Source: Octopus bimaculoides
Lineage: Eukaryota
Length of the DNA stretch: 37,098 bases
NCBI RefSeq assembly: GCF_001194135.2
Contig: NC_068984.1
Span: forward strand, 77,660,940-77,698,037
Reading direction: 5' to 3'
Both the position numbers and the translations under genes were made by a program. This document shows positions 1 to 10,777 of the stretch, one piece after another. Each line of letters starts with the position of its first letter. Position 1 is the first letter of the stretch. The notes beneath the pieces were generated by a model, which had not been told where the DNA came from, made no database searches, and saw only the letters and a program-made list of their open reading frames with translations.

Positions 1-24
1 AGCAAAACATTCAAACACTGAGAT

Positions 25-410
25 TTTATATATATATATATATATATATATAAACGTGCACGTATACATACACATAGGTGTATCTGTTTGCCTGCGTGAG
101 ATGAGCGTTTGTAAAAAGGAAATTTTCAGTTTTTATGGCCACATACTTATTCGTAGTTACCGCTGCGTGACCCAAAGTGATAATACCCGCTTCTCTGTAT
201 CCACCCACTTATGTGTATGCACGTATATTTATATGCATGTCTGTCTATCTATCTATCTATCTATCTATCTATGTGTACACACACACGTACACACACATAT
301 ATATATGTGTGTGTGTATGCATGTATATATGCGTATATATGCTTTATATATGTGTGTATATATGCGTATATATGCTTTAAAAATACACACATTCATACAC
401 ACACATCATA
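25..410. repeat. Compound microsatellite block: (TA)n, (TCTA)n, (CA/TG)n, (TATG)-like
   Basis: Visible directly; explains ORFs 26..208, 56..418, 177..380 and 211..474. Confidence 0.95.
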
Positions 411-887
411 TTTCATAGCAGAGCTGCAGATCGGATTTCTCGATATAGAACCAACATTCGGGAACGATCAATAAATCTTTCTGCTGAAAGACTTCTCCAT
501 AGAAAGTTCTTTTGAAACCGAAAAGTCAGTGAGTTGAGTTACTGGTTTGGAATGGGGGGGAAACAAAAATGAATAATAATAAAAACAAAATAAATACAGA
601 AATTAGGCATTTGAGACGCGATATCTCATCGTGTGCATACTTAGTTAAAGTTTATATAAATATTCCAGATACTTTTTGTCACTTCGTATGTGTTATTTTT
701 AAAATATTTATTTATTATTTTGCATAATGTTGTTCTTGTAGCAACAAGAACAACATTATACAAGAATGATAAGTATTGAATTATGCATAGATACAGAGAC
801 CCGCACACATACATACATGAATATACATACATGCACAGACGCGCGCACGTACAAACACACATTTGTATCTTTTTTTATTATTATTTA

Positions 888-1090
888 TTTTATTGGTTTC
901 AGTCACTGGAAAGCAGCCGTACTGGGGAATCGCCTTGAAGGGTTTCGTCGAACAAATCGACACCAGTAAATATTTTTCTTAAGCCTGCTACTTATTCCAG
1001 CGGACTCATTAACCGAACTGCTAGGTTACTAATATGTAAACAAAACCAACACTGGCTGCAAACGGTGGCGGATATTTGACAAACACTAAT
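888..1090 (-). mobile_element. SINE family B, 3' half (decayed)
   Basis: TTTCAGTCACTGG...GCCGTACTGGGG..TCGCC...AATCGACACCAG...TACTTATTCCAGCGG...CCGAACTGCTAGGTTAC matches the copy at 15008-15150 and is the reverse complement of the tail at 33683-33735. Confidence 0.85.
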
Positions 1091-1118
1091 ATTCAGAAGC
1101 AAGTGTGTGTGTGTCTGT

Positions 1119-1173
<55 letters not shown>

Positions 1174-1382
1174 TGTGTGTATGTGTGTATATACATATAT
1201 ATATATATATGTATATATTTATAAACTGGTTATTATACAGAATTGTGATGAACCATAACCTTGAACCCTATCACAAGGTTACCCGGAGTTCTTCACTAAT
1301 CTAAGTAATATTATTAGCCTGGTGTGCCAGCAGAGAGCTTATAAAATATTTTGTCTGGATTGATAATTTCTCACTATTTGCT

Positions 1383-1442
<60 letters not shown>

Positions 1443-1464
1443 TCGTTTTGCAACATTCCTGATG

Positions 1465-1734
1465 TGAAATCGTGTGTTGAAACAGATATTGCTGTATTTC
1501 GGGATGGTCATTTTATTTATTGTTATTATTACTTTTTGGTCAAATAAACACACACACTATATATTGTTTTTACTCATTTATTACTGTTCTTATTATTTTA
1601 ACGCCTGTCCATTGTCCGGAAATCTTTCATCACACATCTGTGACCTCTTCAGCGACACTTTTCGTTTCTGTGTGTGTTCTTACTCTAGTTTCTCTATTCT
1701 GCTCTTCTAAGATGTGCATCCTTATGTGCGCATG

Positions 1735-1740
<6 letters not shown>
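1465..1740 (-). mobile_element. Dispersed repeat with hammerhead-like core, possibly Penelope-derived (copy 1)
   Basis: Reverse complement of 11062-11305 (shared TGAAATCGTG..TTGAAACAGATATT, CCATTGTCCGGAAA, CATCTG, CATCCTTAT). Minus strand carries CTGAAGA...GAAA followed by AATAAA. The repeat is well supported; the Penelope assignment is inference. Confidence 0.7.
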
Positions 1741-1788
<48 letters not shown>

Positions 1789-2271
1789 CTTGTGTGTGTG
1801 TCATAGTTTTTAGCGGCAGTGTGGCCTTCACCTCAGCCCCATCCTCTCACCCCATTGTACTGCTACTGTCCTAAGACCCGAGAAAAGTGTATGTGTGTTC
1901 GCCCTCGCTGTCACCATCGTGGTAGTTCTTGTTGTTGTTATTGTTGTTGCCATCGTCAGCACCGCCAGTGCTGCTTCAAAGGATGTTTTGATAACTAGTA
2001 CTAGATATACTGTAACTGAGAAAATGGTGTTAAAAAAATCCATTACACACATTCAGTTTTTCATTAGGCGAGTACTAGCCAACAAAATCTGATTTGTATG
2101 TTCTTTATTCTACATAAACAATTGGATTAGCTGTGGAACAGGACCACACTAAATGATGGTAAACACTTATTTGTGTGGGCTATTACAAGGAAAGACATAT
2201 CGAACAGAATACGTTCTAAAATACTGAACGAATAGTTAATTCATTTCTCATTTGGATCACGATGTCATTAT

Positions 2272-2274
2272 TCT

Positions 2275-2325
<51 letters not shown>
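2272..2325. repeat. (TAC)n microsatellite
   Basis: Visible directly. Confidence 0.98.
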
Positions 2326-2414
2326 AATAGGCAAACTAAGATCTTTTATGCTGTCGGTCGAACTCATTAAAATAGCGACGAAATCTCATCTCTTCAGAAT
2401 TGCATACGATAAAT

Positions 2415-3700
2415 GGGATCATTTGCATTTGATTTTATCTTTTGACCGGGTCTCCACCAGAGACCTAAGGCAAGTATATATATTAGATGAAGAGAAACCT
2501 CCCGAGAAGGTGGGCGGTTGCTGTCAGCACAATCTTTTGAGTCTTATAGATTGTTGGTTTCCCGGGGATCTGGTCAAAAAATTTGTCACTACCTTTCTTA
2601 ATCATTCCTAGGGCACTTACAACAGCAAGATGGTTTTGTTTTTTAATTTCCACGCCTTAGATATTTTAATCTCAAGGTCCTTATAGTTCGACAATTTTTC
2701 AAATTTCTTTGCTGAAATGTTTCTATCAATAAGCACTGTCATATTAATTAACAGGCATATTTTTTTTTGTTTAGGTCTTTGATGACGATGTCTGGTCTGT
2801 TAACATTTCTTTGCCTGTCTGTATGTATCTCATAATCCCATAGAATGGTTAACATTCTCTCTCTCGGTGACTAGCTCTGGATGGTGTTCATACTAGTTCT
2901 TAGGGTGCGGGATACCATATGTTCCAGTCCGAATATTGGCCCAACTCGATCATACCCGGTTTTATATTCTGTAGGAGCAAGGACTGAGCAGTCGGCAACA
3001 GTGTGGTCAATATTCTCAAGTTTGTCATTGTAGAGTCAACATTTTGTGTCTACCTCATTGTGAATGACATTAAGTTGATAGTCTCGAGTCTAGAGACTCT
3101 GATCTTATGCCGCTAGGATAAATCATTAATTCAACTTTCAAACCAACACTCCGCAGTCACTGATGGGAATTTTCTCCTATCTACATCAGCTTCCTCAGTT
3201 CGTTTGGGGTATTGCCTATGCAATGGTTTTTCTTGCCACGGTCTTGATATTTCTGATGTACTCCTTCTCAATTTGCATTTTCATTTCTGTAGTTAGTACT
3301 CTGTCAGATTCTAATACTTCTAGATACTTAAAACTTCTCCGCCTTTCAATGATTCTACCTGTCCCCTTCTCATGACTAACATTGCACATTTATCTATGCC
3401 AAATTCCATGCCTATATCTTTGCTGAAGAGTCTTATAGTCTGTATTAATGAATCTATCTCTTTCTCATTCTTACTAAAAAGCTTCAGATTATCCATGGTT
3501 AATTCTTCCCGTACTGTTTCTAAACTGATAGACTTTGCCTTCCTTAATACTAAACTGAGGGGGATCAAACATAAGGCATATATTAAAGGGAATAACGATT
3601 CCCCTTGGATAATTCCTTTCTTGATATTTACTTTTCCTAAGGCTGTGTCACCTGAGTTGAGATCTACTTTCCATTTCTTCATGTTACAGAGAGAACGCGT
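2415..3700 (-). pseudogene. Decayed non-LTR retrotransposon, R4/Dong-type (RT + CCHC + REL endonuclease), family 1
   Basis: Minus-strand peptides with stops and frameshifts: RT segment KKGIIQGESLFPL...MDNLKLFSKNEKEIDSLIQTIRLFSKDIGMEFGIDKCA (3320-3682); WQEKPLHRQYP (~3210-3240); QDQSL..KC*LYNDKLENIDHTVADCSVLAPTEY (decayed CCHC); ILWDYEIHTDR..NRPDIVIKD..CLLINM..EKLSNYKDLEI (REL motif). The 3' UTR matches 8520-8645. Confidence 0.92.
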
Positions 3701-3799
3701 AGACGTTGCTGGAAAAAATAAGTCTCAGTGTGCGTGCCGTTAATGTAATCCTGTGAAATTTTATACTTTGTATGGGTACGTATAGAAAGAGAAACAAAC

Positions 3800-3800
<1 letters not shown>

Positions 3801-3897
<97 letters not shown>

Positions 3898-3910
3898 ACA
3901 CACACACACA
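3801..3910. repeat. (CA)n microsatellite
   Basis: Visible directly. Confidence 0.98.
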
Positions 3911-3929
3911 ACTATATTCATTTGTTTTG

Positions 3930-4551
3930 AAGTTTGTATTCTGTTGTATTAAATATACTCATCCACCTACTATGGAGAGTAAATCAGACAGGAGGCAACG
4001 GTTAGCCAGAGAGAGAAGAGAGACAAAGGCGAAGAACAGCCAGTTTCACTCGGGAAGAACTGGACGCAAGGAGATAAAACAATACATTAAGATTATTAAA
4101 TCAATCGGAAGAAGTGAGACAAGAGAGACGAGCACAAGATTCAAGAAGACAGGCTCGAAGACATCAAAATGAAAAGGAACACCTAATTGCACAAAGGAGA
4201 GATATCCAAAGAGAGAGAGAGAGAGAGCAGAACAAAAGCGCGAAGATGAAACAGAAGAGCAAGCAGCAATGAGGAGAGAATATCTAAAAATGAGAGCATC
4301 GCAAAGGCGACAAGAGGAAACGGAAGAGGAAGCAGCACAAAGGAGAGAAATCGAAAGAGAGAGAACATCGAGAAGAAGAATGGAAGAATTACTTAATACT
4401 GAAACGGACCATCCAAAACAAGGCAAACTCATTGCTGGTAGGGATTTCACTAGATATCTATTTCACTAGATAAAGGTTGTATTGATTTTATTTTAAATTC
4501 ATTTTCCATATCATTTTCATGCCGTCATTTCTGATGGCACGAGTACACTAA
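3930..4551 (+). mobile_element. Helitron-like non-autonomous remnant (N-terminal charged repeats plus 3' hairpin-CTRR end)
   Basis: Frameshifted R/E/Q-rich peptide (EDETEEQAAMRREYLKMRASQRRQEETEEEAAQRREIERERTSRRR) resembles Helitron N-terminal repeats. Hairpin TGCCGTCA-TTTC-TGATGGCA (4520-4539) lies 8 nt before CTAA|T (4548-4552). 5' TC end not located. Confidence 0.7.
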
Positions 4552-5035
4552 TATATATATATATATAATCTGTATCTGTAATTATAGCCTATCAGATTAG
4601 CGTTATGTAACTAACCACTTATTTTTGTTGAAAGACTTCTGTGTAAACTGATTCGGCATTATTGAACCCAGCGCACAACATAAGAGTATATATAATAGCT
4701 ATTTGTATATGCAGTCATAACCCATCCTGCTAGCGATAAGTAACCAACCACTTCTTTTTGCTTAAAGATTTTTGTGCAAAATAACCCGACATTATTGAGT
4801 CCAGTAAACAACATGGGAATATACAAAAAGCGTTTCGCTGTTTCAACTCTCAATCCATCTTAACTTTATCTCTCTTTCTCTCAGTCTTTCTCACTCCTGA
4901 GTTTTTGATTTAATGATTTAGTTAGAATAGGTAGGCGAGTGGTTATGATTTTAACAAAGTCTTCAATATTTATGAAGTATGAAAGGAAAGAAGAAACCAA
5001 ATATCACAGGTTGGTAAGGTAGTAAACAAAAGGCG

Positions 5036-5340
5036 CTGTATGTAGCGCCTTTTACTGCGCCATATATAGCACCATACATACCTCGTGTGTATGAAAGAGT
5101 CCCCGTGACAGTCATAAAAGAAAAAAATTATAATAATCATAATTATTATTTTTATTATCATTATCATTAAGCTCACCTCCTTAAAAAGTGTCCCGGTGAG
5201 ATCTTACTACTTTTAAGGCGGGTGCTGGTAGAACCCTTACCGCGTCGGTAAAAATGCTTAGCGGCATTTCTTCCGCCCTTACGTTATGAGTTCAAATGCC
5301 ACCGGGGTCGACTTTGCATACTTTCGGGATCAATTTCATC
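5036..5340 (+). repeat. Local duplication, copy 1 (flank plus SINE A head)
   Basis: Aligns with 7581-7885 over ~300 bp, roughly 90% identical by eye. Confidence 0.92.
5215..5340 (+). mobile_element. SINE family A, 5' part
   Basis: AAGGCGGGTGCTGGTAGAAC (A-box-like)...GAGTTCAAATGCC (B-box)...GGGGTCGACTTTGC. Confidence 0.9.
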
Positions 5341-5454
5341 CTGAGATACTAAGTATCCTGTGAACGATGATCTGGCTTCAATGCTTGTATGAACAAAATC
5401 GGGTGGTAGTTTATGACCAGGTAGTTGGGTACCTATTTTACATTCAATCCAGCG

Positions 5455-5615
5455 TTACCACCCAGTTTCTGTCTACCCAAGTTCATTCATAAGGCTTTGG
5501 TCGACACACGGCAAGGCTAAACGTCAGTTGTTGGCTTACGCGCTTTAAGGTAGAATTGAACCTAGAACCATGTAATTGAAAAGTGAACTTCTTAATCACA
5601 TCTTCCATGCTTGCA
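5455..5615 (-). mobile_element. SINE family B, tRNA-like head
   Basis: GTCTACCCAAGTTCATTCATAAGGCTTTGGTCG...AATTGAACCTAGAACCATGT...AACTTCTTAATCAC matches 15335-15455. Confidence 0.75.
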
Positions 5616-5694
5616 CCCATCTGAGAGTGTTTTTATCTTGTTTTACTTTGTTACACTGAATTAGAAGAAAATATTCACAGAACACGTAGCAAAA

Positions 5695-6360
5695 TAGCGG
5701 ATACCACTACCACCACTACCACCACTACCACCACCACCACCACCACCACCACTACTACCACCACTACCACCACTANNNNNNNNNNCCACCACTACCGCCA
5801 CCACAACCACTACCACCACTATCACCACTACCACCACTACCACCACTACCGCCACCACAACCACTACCACCACTATCACCCAAACTTCAACAACTGCCAC
5901 CTCTACTATCACCACTAACAATTTCCACCACCACTGCCGCAACCTCCACCACACTAATTCCAACCTTCTACTACTGCAGCAGCAAGAACATGCACGTCGC
6001 CATCACTATCGTCACTACCAGCACCACCATCAGCTTCGTCACCACCACTGCTACGACAGTAACAACAACCATCAATATCACCACCTTCCTCCCCTCCTTC
6101 ACCACCACCACCACTACCACACCACCACCACCACCAGCAGCACAACAACAACAACAACAACAACAGCAAAAACAACAACAACAACAATCACGACCACAAC
6201 AACAATGATCTTCACAACCACATCATCACAACCACATCATCACCACCACCAACACCGTCAACACAGTTTACACAATAATAGCAACCGTCACCACTACAAC
6301 GACCACATCCTTAACCACAAATAACCACATCCTTTACCACCACAGCCACCGTCATCATTG
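5695..6360. repeat. Degenerate trinucleotide array, C/A-rich on + (ACC/ACT/AAC/CAG)
   Basis: Visible directly; source of the poly-V, poly-T, poly-P and poly-Q ORFs. Confidence 0.95.
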
Positions 6361-6684
6361 TCTAACCGAATGCACACATTTTAAGACAGAAAGAACTTAT
6401 TGGTTACGCCAGCGACCGAACCGAACCAATCGATTAAAGTACCTAGCATTATTCCATTATTCCATTATTCTATTATTCCATTACAGTATTTCACTAACCT
6501 TATTTTGGCTAAAGTCAGCCAAGTCAGTCGGACATCTTATGCTATTGTTTCTTGGACACACGGAATCATTTTGGGCTCCGACTTTGGCACTAATTCATTC
6601 TTCTGCTACCAATTTCCTGCCCATCATTACAATTGCCCGACGTTTCTCTTCTGACCTTTTTTGTTTTTTTTTATCATTGTTACC

Positions 6685-7140
6685 ATCATCCCCCCTCGTC
6701 GTCGTCGTCGTCGTCATCATGGTGGTGGTGGTGGTGGTCGTCGTCGTCGTCGTCGTCGTTTTTGTTGTTGCTGTTGATGTTACTAATGTTGCTGAGGTTG
6801 CTACTGCTGCCGCTTTTATCGTTATGACTTGCTTTTGTTGTCAATACTGTTGTTATTCGTGATGCTGCCCTTGTTACTGCTGCTGCTGCTGCTGCTGCTG
6901 GTGTTGCTGTCGTTTTTAGTGCTGTTGGAGGTGTTGACATTGTTATTACTATATCTTTTGATGCTGTTGTTGTCTCCATTTTTTATGATGTCGTTGCTGT
7001 TGCGTTGTTGTTACTGTTGTCATTGATGTGACGGCTACTTTTGGTGTTATTGCATTTCGCTATTGCTGCTGTCTTTATAGCTGCAGCCGTTATTTATTCG
7101 GTTATTACTGATGTTGTTGTTGATGTTGTAGTCCTTTTTA
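6685..7140. repeat. Degenerate trinucleotide array, G/T-rich on + (GTC/GGT/GTT/GCT)
   Basis: Visible directly; compositional mirror of 5695-6360. Confidence 0.95.
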
Positions 7141-7167
7141 TTGCTCTCTTTTTTTCAGCTGCCGATT

Positions 7168-7320
7168 AGCCCCAGGCGTACTTTGTCGAGCATGATGCTA
7201 CTCCAATGATCGTCCAATCAGTGTCCAGAAAACATCATCATACAATGAGTACCTTCTTGGCTAATACTGGAGAATAAAATCCGAGGAAAATTTGGTTGTT
7301 ATTTCTAGCTGAATGAGCAT
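7168..7320 (+). mobile_element. Repeat family D fragment (SINE-like)
   Basis: TTAGCCCCAGG...AAATTTGGTTGTTATTTCTAGC; the ATTTCTAGC/GCTAGAAAT motif is shared with 11985-12140, 20175-20380 and 2352-2395. Confidence 0.6.
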
Positions 7321-7425
7321 GTACGTCCGAATGACAGACGGGCAGATACGAGATGTACTCTAACCGGACTTGCAAGAGGTTCTCAGCCACCTGTGTGCAA
7401 TGGGTTAATGTAAATTATTTTCATG

Positions 7426-7464
<39 letters not shown>

Positions 7465-7580
7465 AATTTCATATGTGTTTAATAGATATCAAATTTTGAA
7501 AATATACTTATATTATCTATTGTTTTCATTCCACCTCACGTTTTTATATAACTTTCTCCATTTGCACATTTTTGTAACTT

Positions 7581-7885
7581 CTATATATAGCGCCTTTTAC
7601 TGCGCCATATATAGCACCATACATAACTCGTATGTATGAAAGAGTCCTTGTGACAGTCATAAAAGAAAAAAAATTATTATAATAATAATTATCATTATTA
7701 TCATTATCATTAAGCTCATCTCCTTAAAAAGTGTCTCGGTGAGATCTTAGTACTTTTTAAGGCGGCGCGCTGGTAGAATCCTTACTGCGCCGGTAAAAAT
7801 GCTTTGCGGCATTTCTTCCGGCTTTACGTCCTGAGTTCAAATGCCACCGGGGTCGACTTTGCATACGTTCGGGATCAATTTCATC
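7581..7885 (+). repeat. Local duplication, copy 2
   Basis: Aligns with 5036-5340, including the idiosyncratic GGGATCAATTTCATC variant. Confidence 0.92.
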
Positions 7886-7985
7886 TTTTCGGGGTCACTA
7901 AAATACTGGGGTCGATGTTATCGGTTTACCATTATCCTAAAACTGCTGGCTTTGTCCCAAAATTTGAAACCATTATTATTATTGT
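7759..7985 (+). mobile_element. SINE family A, near full length
   Basis: A-box, B-box GAGTTCAAAT, GGGGTCGAT motif and (ATT)n tail. Confidence 0.92.
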
Positions 7986-8032
7986 TAGGCTCGCTGCCTT
8001 AAGAAGTATCTCGGTAGGGCCTAAATATTTTT

Positions 8033-8068
8033 TAAGGCAGCGAGCAGGCGGAATCGCTACCACGCTGG
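8033..8068 (+). mobile_element. SINE family A head fragment
   Basis: AAGGCAGCGAGCAGGCGGAATCGCTACCACGCTGGG. Confidence 0.65.
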
Positions 8069-8464
8069 GAGAGGTGGTGGTGAGGGAAATGTGAGATTTG
8101 AATTTTTTTTTTAACACCGTTACTTAGCCCGTCTCTAACGCTTTCACGTGATTAGTTGAAGGAAAAGTCGAAGACCAAAAGAAAAAGGAGAGAAAAAAAA
8201 GAGGGTAAGGCGAAAAGTGAGAGAGAGTGCTGTGCACTAAGTCTATAAAATTGTGCATAAAGTATATAAAGTGTATATATAAAGTGCATTAAGTATAATC
8301 ATCGTATTCCAATTTCCTTCCCTTTTCAATGATTAGTAGATAAGCGACTATCTTCCCATACAGACACAACACGGGCTACGCTTTCAGGTTTTTTGGATTA
8401 AGTTGTCAGAATTACCCAGTAAGTTTACCATTAATTCCGTGAAATATTTACGGGTTCCGTAAGT

Positions 8465-8491
8465 TATTATCATTATTATTATTATTATTAC

Positions 8492-8525
<34 letters not shown>

Positions 8526-8644
8526 TTATGTTTGACTTTTGCTTTGCATTTGTACGAGTTGGATCCAAGTCTCACCCAGAGACCTCAAGAGACAACAAGT
8601 TAGAAGTTCATGTAGGTGTTATGCCTAGGGTACCATTTATTTGG

Positions 8645-8701
<57 letters not shown>
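8465..8701 (-). mobile_element. 3' UTR fragment of R4/Dong-type family 1 (8520-8645) embedded between two (ATT)n arrays
   Basis: TTTGCATTTG...GTCTCACCCAGAGACCTCAAG matches 2420-2470 (GTCTCCACCAGAGACCTAAG); (ATT)n at 8465-8525 and 8647-8701. Confidence 0.75.
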
Positions 8702-9071
8702 GGTTAAGGCATCAAGTTTCGTTTCTTAAAAAAGTACATCTCGAATTAAAAGTGATTGAAGGTGAATAAATGTTACGGGAGAATTCCCTAATAATGCTTC
8801 TATATCCTAGTGTTGCTATTTTATGGATCAAACCTATATCTATTTTTCAGTCGTAATCTACCAATATCTTTAAGCAAGTAACTGTGTTTTATACCATTTG
8901 AGACGAGAGATTCATTCCTTAACTGTTATAAAGTTACTGATTCAACAGCTGTGTCGGTGTTATTCTTTAGCTTTTCTGCCCATCATTGAATATCCTTCTA
9001 GTCATTTATTGTACACAGCCCTGTGCGCTTGCTTACGTGACACATTTTGTCTTGCTTTAGTATTTGCTATT

Positions 9072-9260
9072 CAGAATCGTTGGTGCGTCGGATAAAATGC
9101 TTAGCCACATTTCTTCCGGTTGTTTACATTCTGAGTCCTAACTGCGCCGAGGTTGACGTTGCCTTTCATCCTCTCAGGTCCTAAGTACTAGTTGAACCCT
9201 GGGGTCGATGTAATTGACGAAAACCCTCCCACTAAAATTACTGATCTTGCATTATCATTG
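9072..9260 (+). mobile_element. SINE family A (older copy)
   Basis: AAAATGCTTAGC..ATTTC..TTCTGAG..CCGAGGTTGAC..CTGGGGTCGATGTAATTGAC. Confidence 0.85.
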
Positions 9261-9276
9261 CATTATATAACCAGTT

Positions 9277-9488
9277 AAGGCAGCGAGCTGGCAGAATCGT
9301 TAGCACGCCGGGCAAGACGTTTAACAGCATTTCGTCCGTCTTTACGTTCTGAGTTTAAATTCCACCGAGGTTGACTTTACCCTTCATCCGTCGTTACATT
9401 AAGTACCAGTTGAGTACTGGGGTCGATGAAATCGACTTACTCTCTCCCCACAAATTTCAAGCCTTGTGCCTTTAATAGAAATGATTAT
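9277..9488 (+). mobile_element. SINE family A, full length
   Basis: Complete head-to-tail match to other copies; ATTATATAAC at 9262-9271 and 9484-9493 is a probable TSD. Confidence 0.93.
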
Positions 9489-9783
9489 ATAACTAAGTAA
9501 ATTAATGCGTTATATAGACAGTTATCTTTCAGCCTTTCCGTCATATTTTTCGGCTTAATTACTTGAAGCGTAATCGATGTCAATATATTAGATTATACTG
9601 TTTTATTTCTCAACATTCAACTTATGAATTCTACATAGATTGATTTCATCCTTGATCCCTTCGAAGCCTGACTGATGCAATTATTTCTTACCCTGACATA
9701 TTGCAATCAATCCACGAAAGAGGAGTATGAATTGAATTGTGCACAGTACATGTTTGGTAGTTATATTATTGACTCTCTTCCAG

Positions 9784-9802
9784 CTTGAAGAGAGTAATAG
9801 AT
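9784..9802 (+). CDS. Candidate 19-nt micro-exon (unverified)
   Basis: ctctcttccAG|CTTGAAGAGAGTAATAGAT|GTAAGT; no homology evidence. Confidence 0.15.
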
Positions 9803-10568
9803 GTAAGTTAAAGACATTGGAGAACGTGCGGTGGGCACATCCCAGGACAAAACAAATACTGTTTAAAACTTACTCTATCCGGACATCTAGATTCTGATGC
9901 TTACATGGACATTAACAGAGTAAGTGAAGTGAGATAGATTCAACGAGAAGTTTGAAACGTCGATTCCAGTCAAGTATTTTGGCAGGCCAGCGTTGAGAAA
10001 TCATTATCTTATCGGTTTTATAACAATCTGAGGAAGAATAGAAAGAAAGAGGATAAAATCAATCACAAAGCTGACGCGAAAACAGACTTATTATGGTAGC
10101 ACCAGACCATCTAGCATGTTTTCTTTTCTGTTCTCATGAGTGACCGATCGCCTGTGTTATTATCGATCTGTTCATCTGACCTGTCTATTAATTTAATTTA
10201 CAACCGGCGAAGACATTGTGGATTCATAGAGAAAGATTTGGAAATATAACTTTGGTAATTCTTAGAATCGACCCCAGTCTCTCAAATAATCAAAAGAAAT
10301 GATTGAAGAGATTGAGACTAAACATGATATTAAAGAAACACACAAAAACTTCTTACGAAGAAAAAATAACAAAAATACGTATAAAAAGCAGCAACGACTA
10401 TTAATCAATCGGCTCCACCTCTAACGAGACATTTCGATAATCGATTTTTATATTACAGGGGATAGATTTCTTTATTTCTTTTACTTATGTATTTGATGTT
10501 TCTATATCTTATTTTCTGTTATATTTTCAAATTTTTAAAAGTTTCTCTATTGTTATTTTTCTTTGTCG

Positions 10569-10574
<6 letters not shown>

Positions 10575-10600
<26 letters not shown>

Positions 10601-10647
10601 GATAGATAGATAGATAGAAATATATATGTATGTATGTATGTATGTAT

Positions 10648-10685
<38 letters not shown>

Positions 10686-10688
10686 CAT
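10575..10688. repeat. Compound (TA)n/(GATA)n/(TATG)n microsatellite
   Basis: Visible directly. Confidence 0.97.
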
Positions 10689-10777
10689 AATTAAATTAGG
10701 CAGCAGTTTAGCAATGTATCACCAAAAAGGAAAAGAAATCTATAATTGTAAAATTGTCATTAACTATGACAGGAAGT

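Noticed and set aside
415-540. GC-richer exon-like segment
   Set aside because: Frames of ~30 codons on both strands all hit stops before a good donor; cannot choose a strand or frame.
3972-4469. Host coiled-coil protein gene
   Set aside because: Frameshifts and stops, no splice signals, and directly followed by a Helitron-type end.
6450-6485. Short tandem duplications (ATTCCATT x4; also TATTTTGCTTACCA x2 near 14320-14350)
   Set aside because: Ordinary slippage products.
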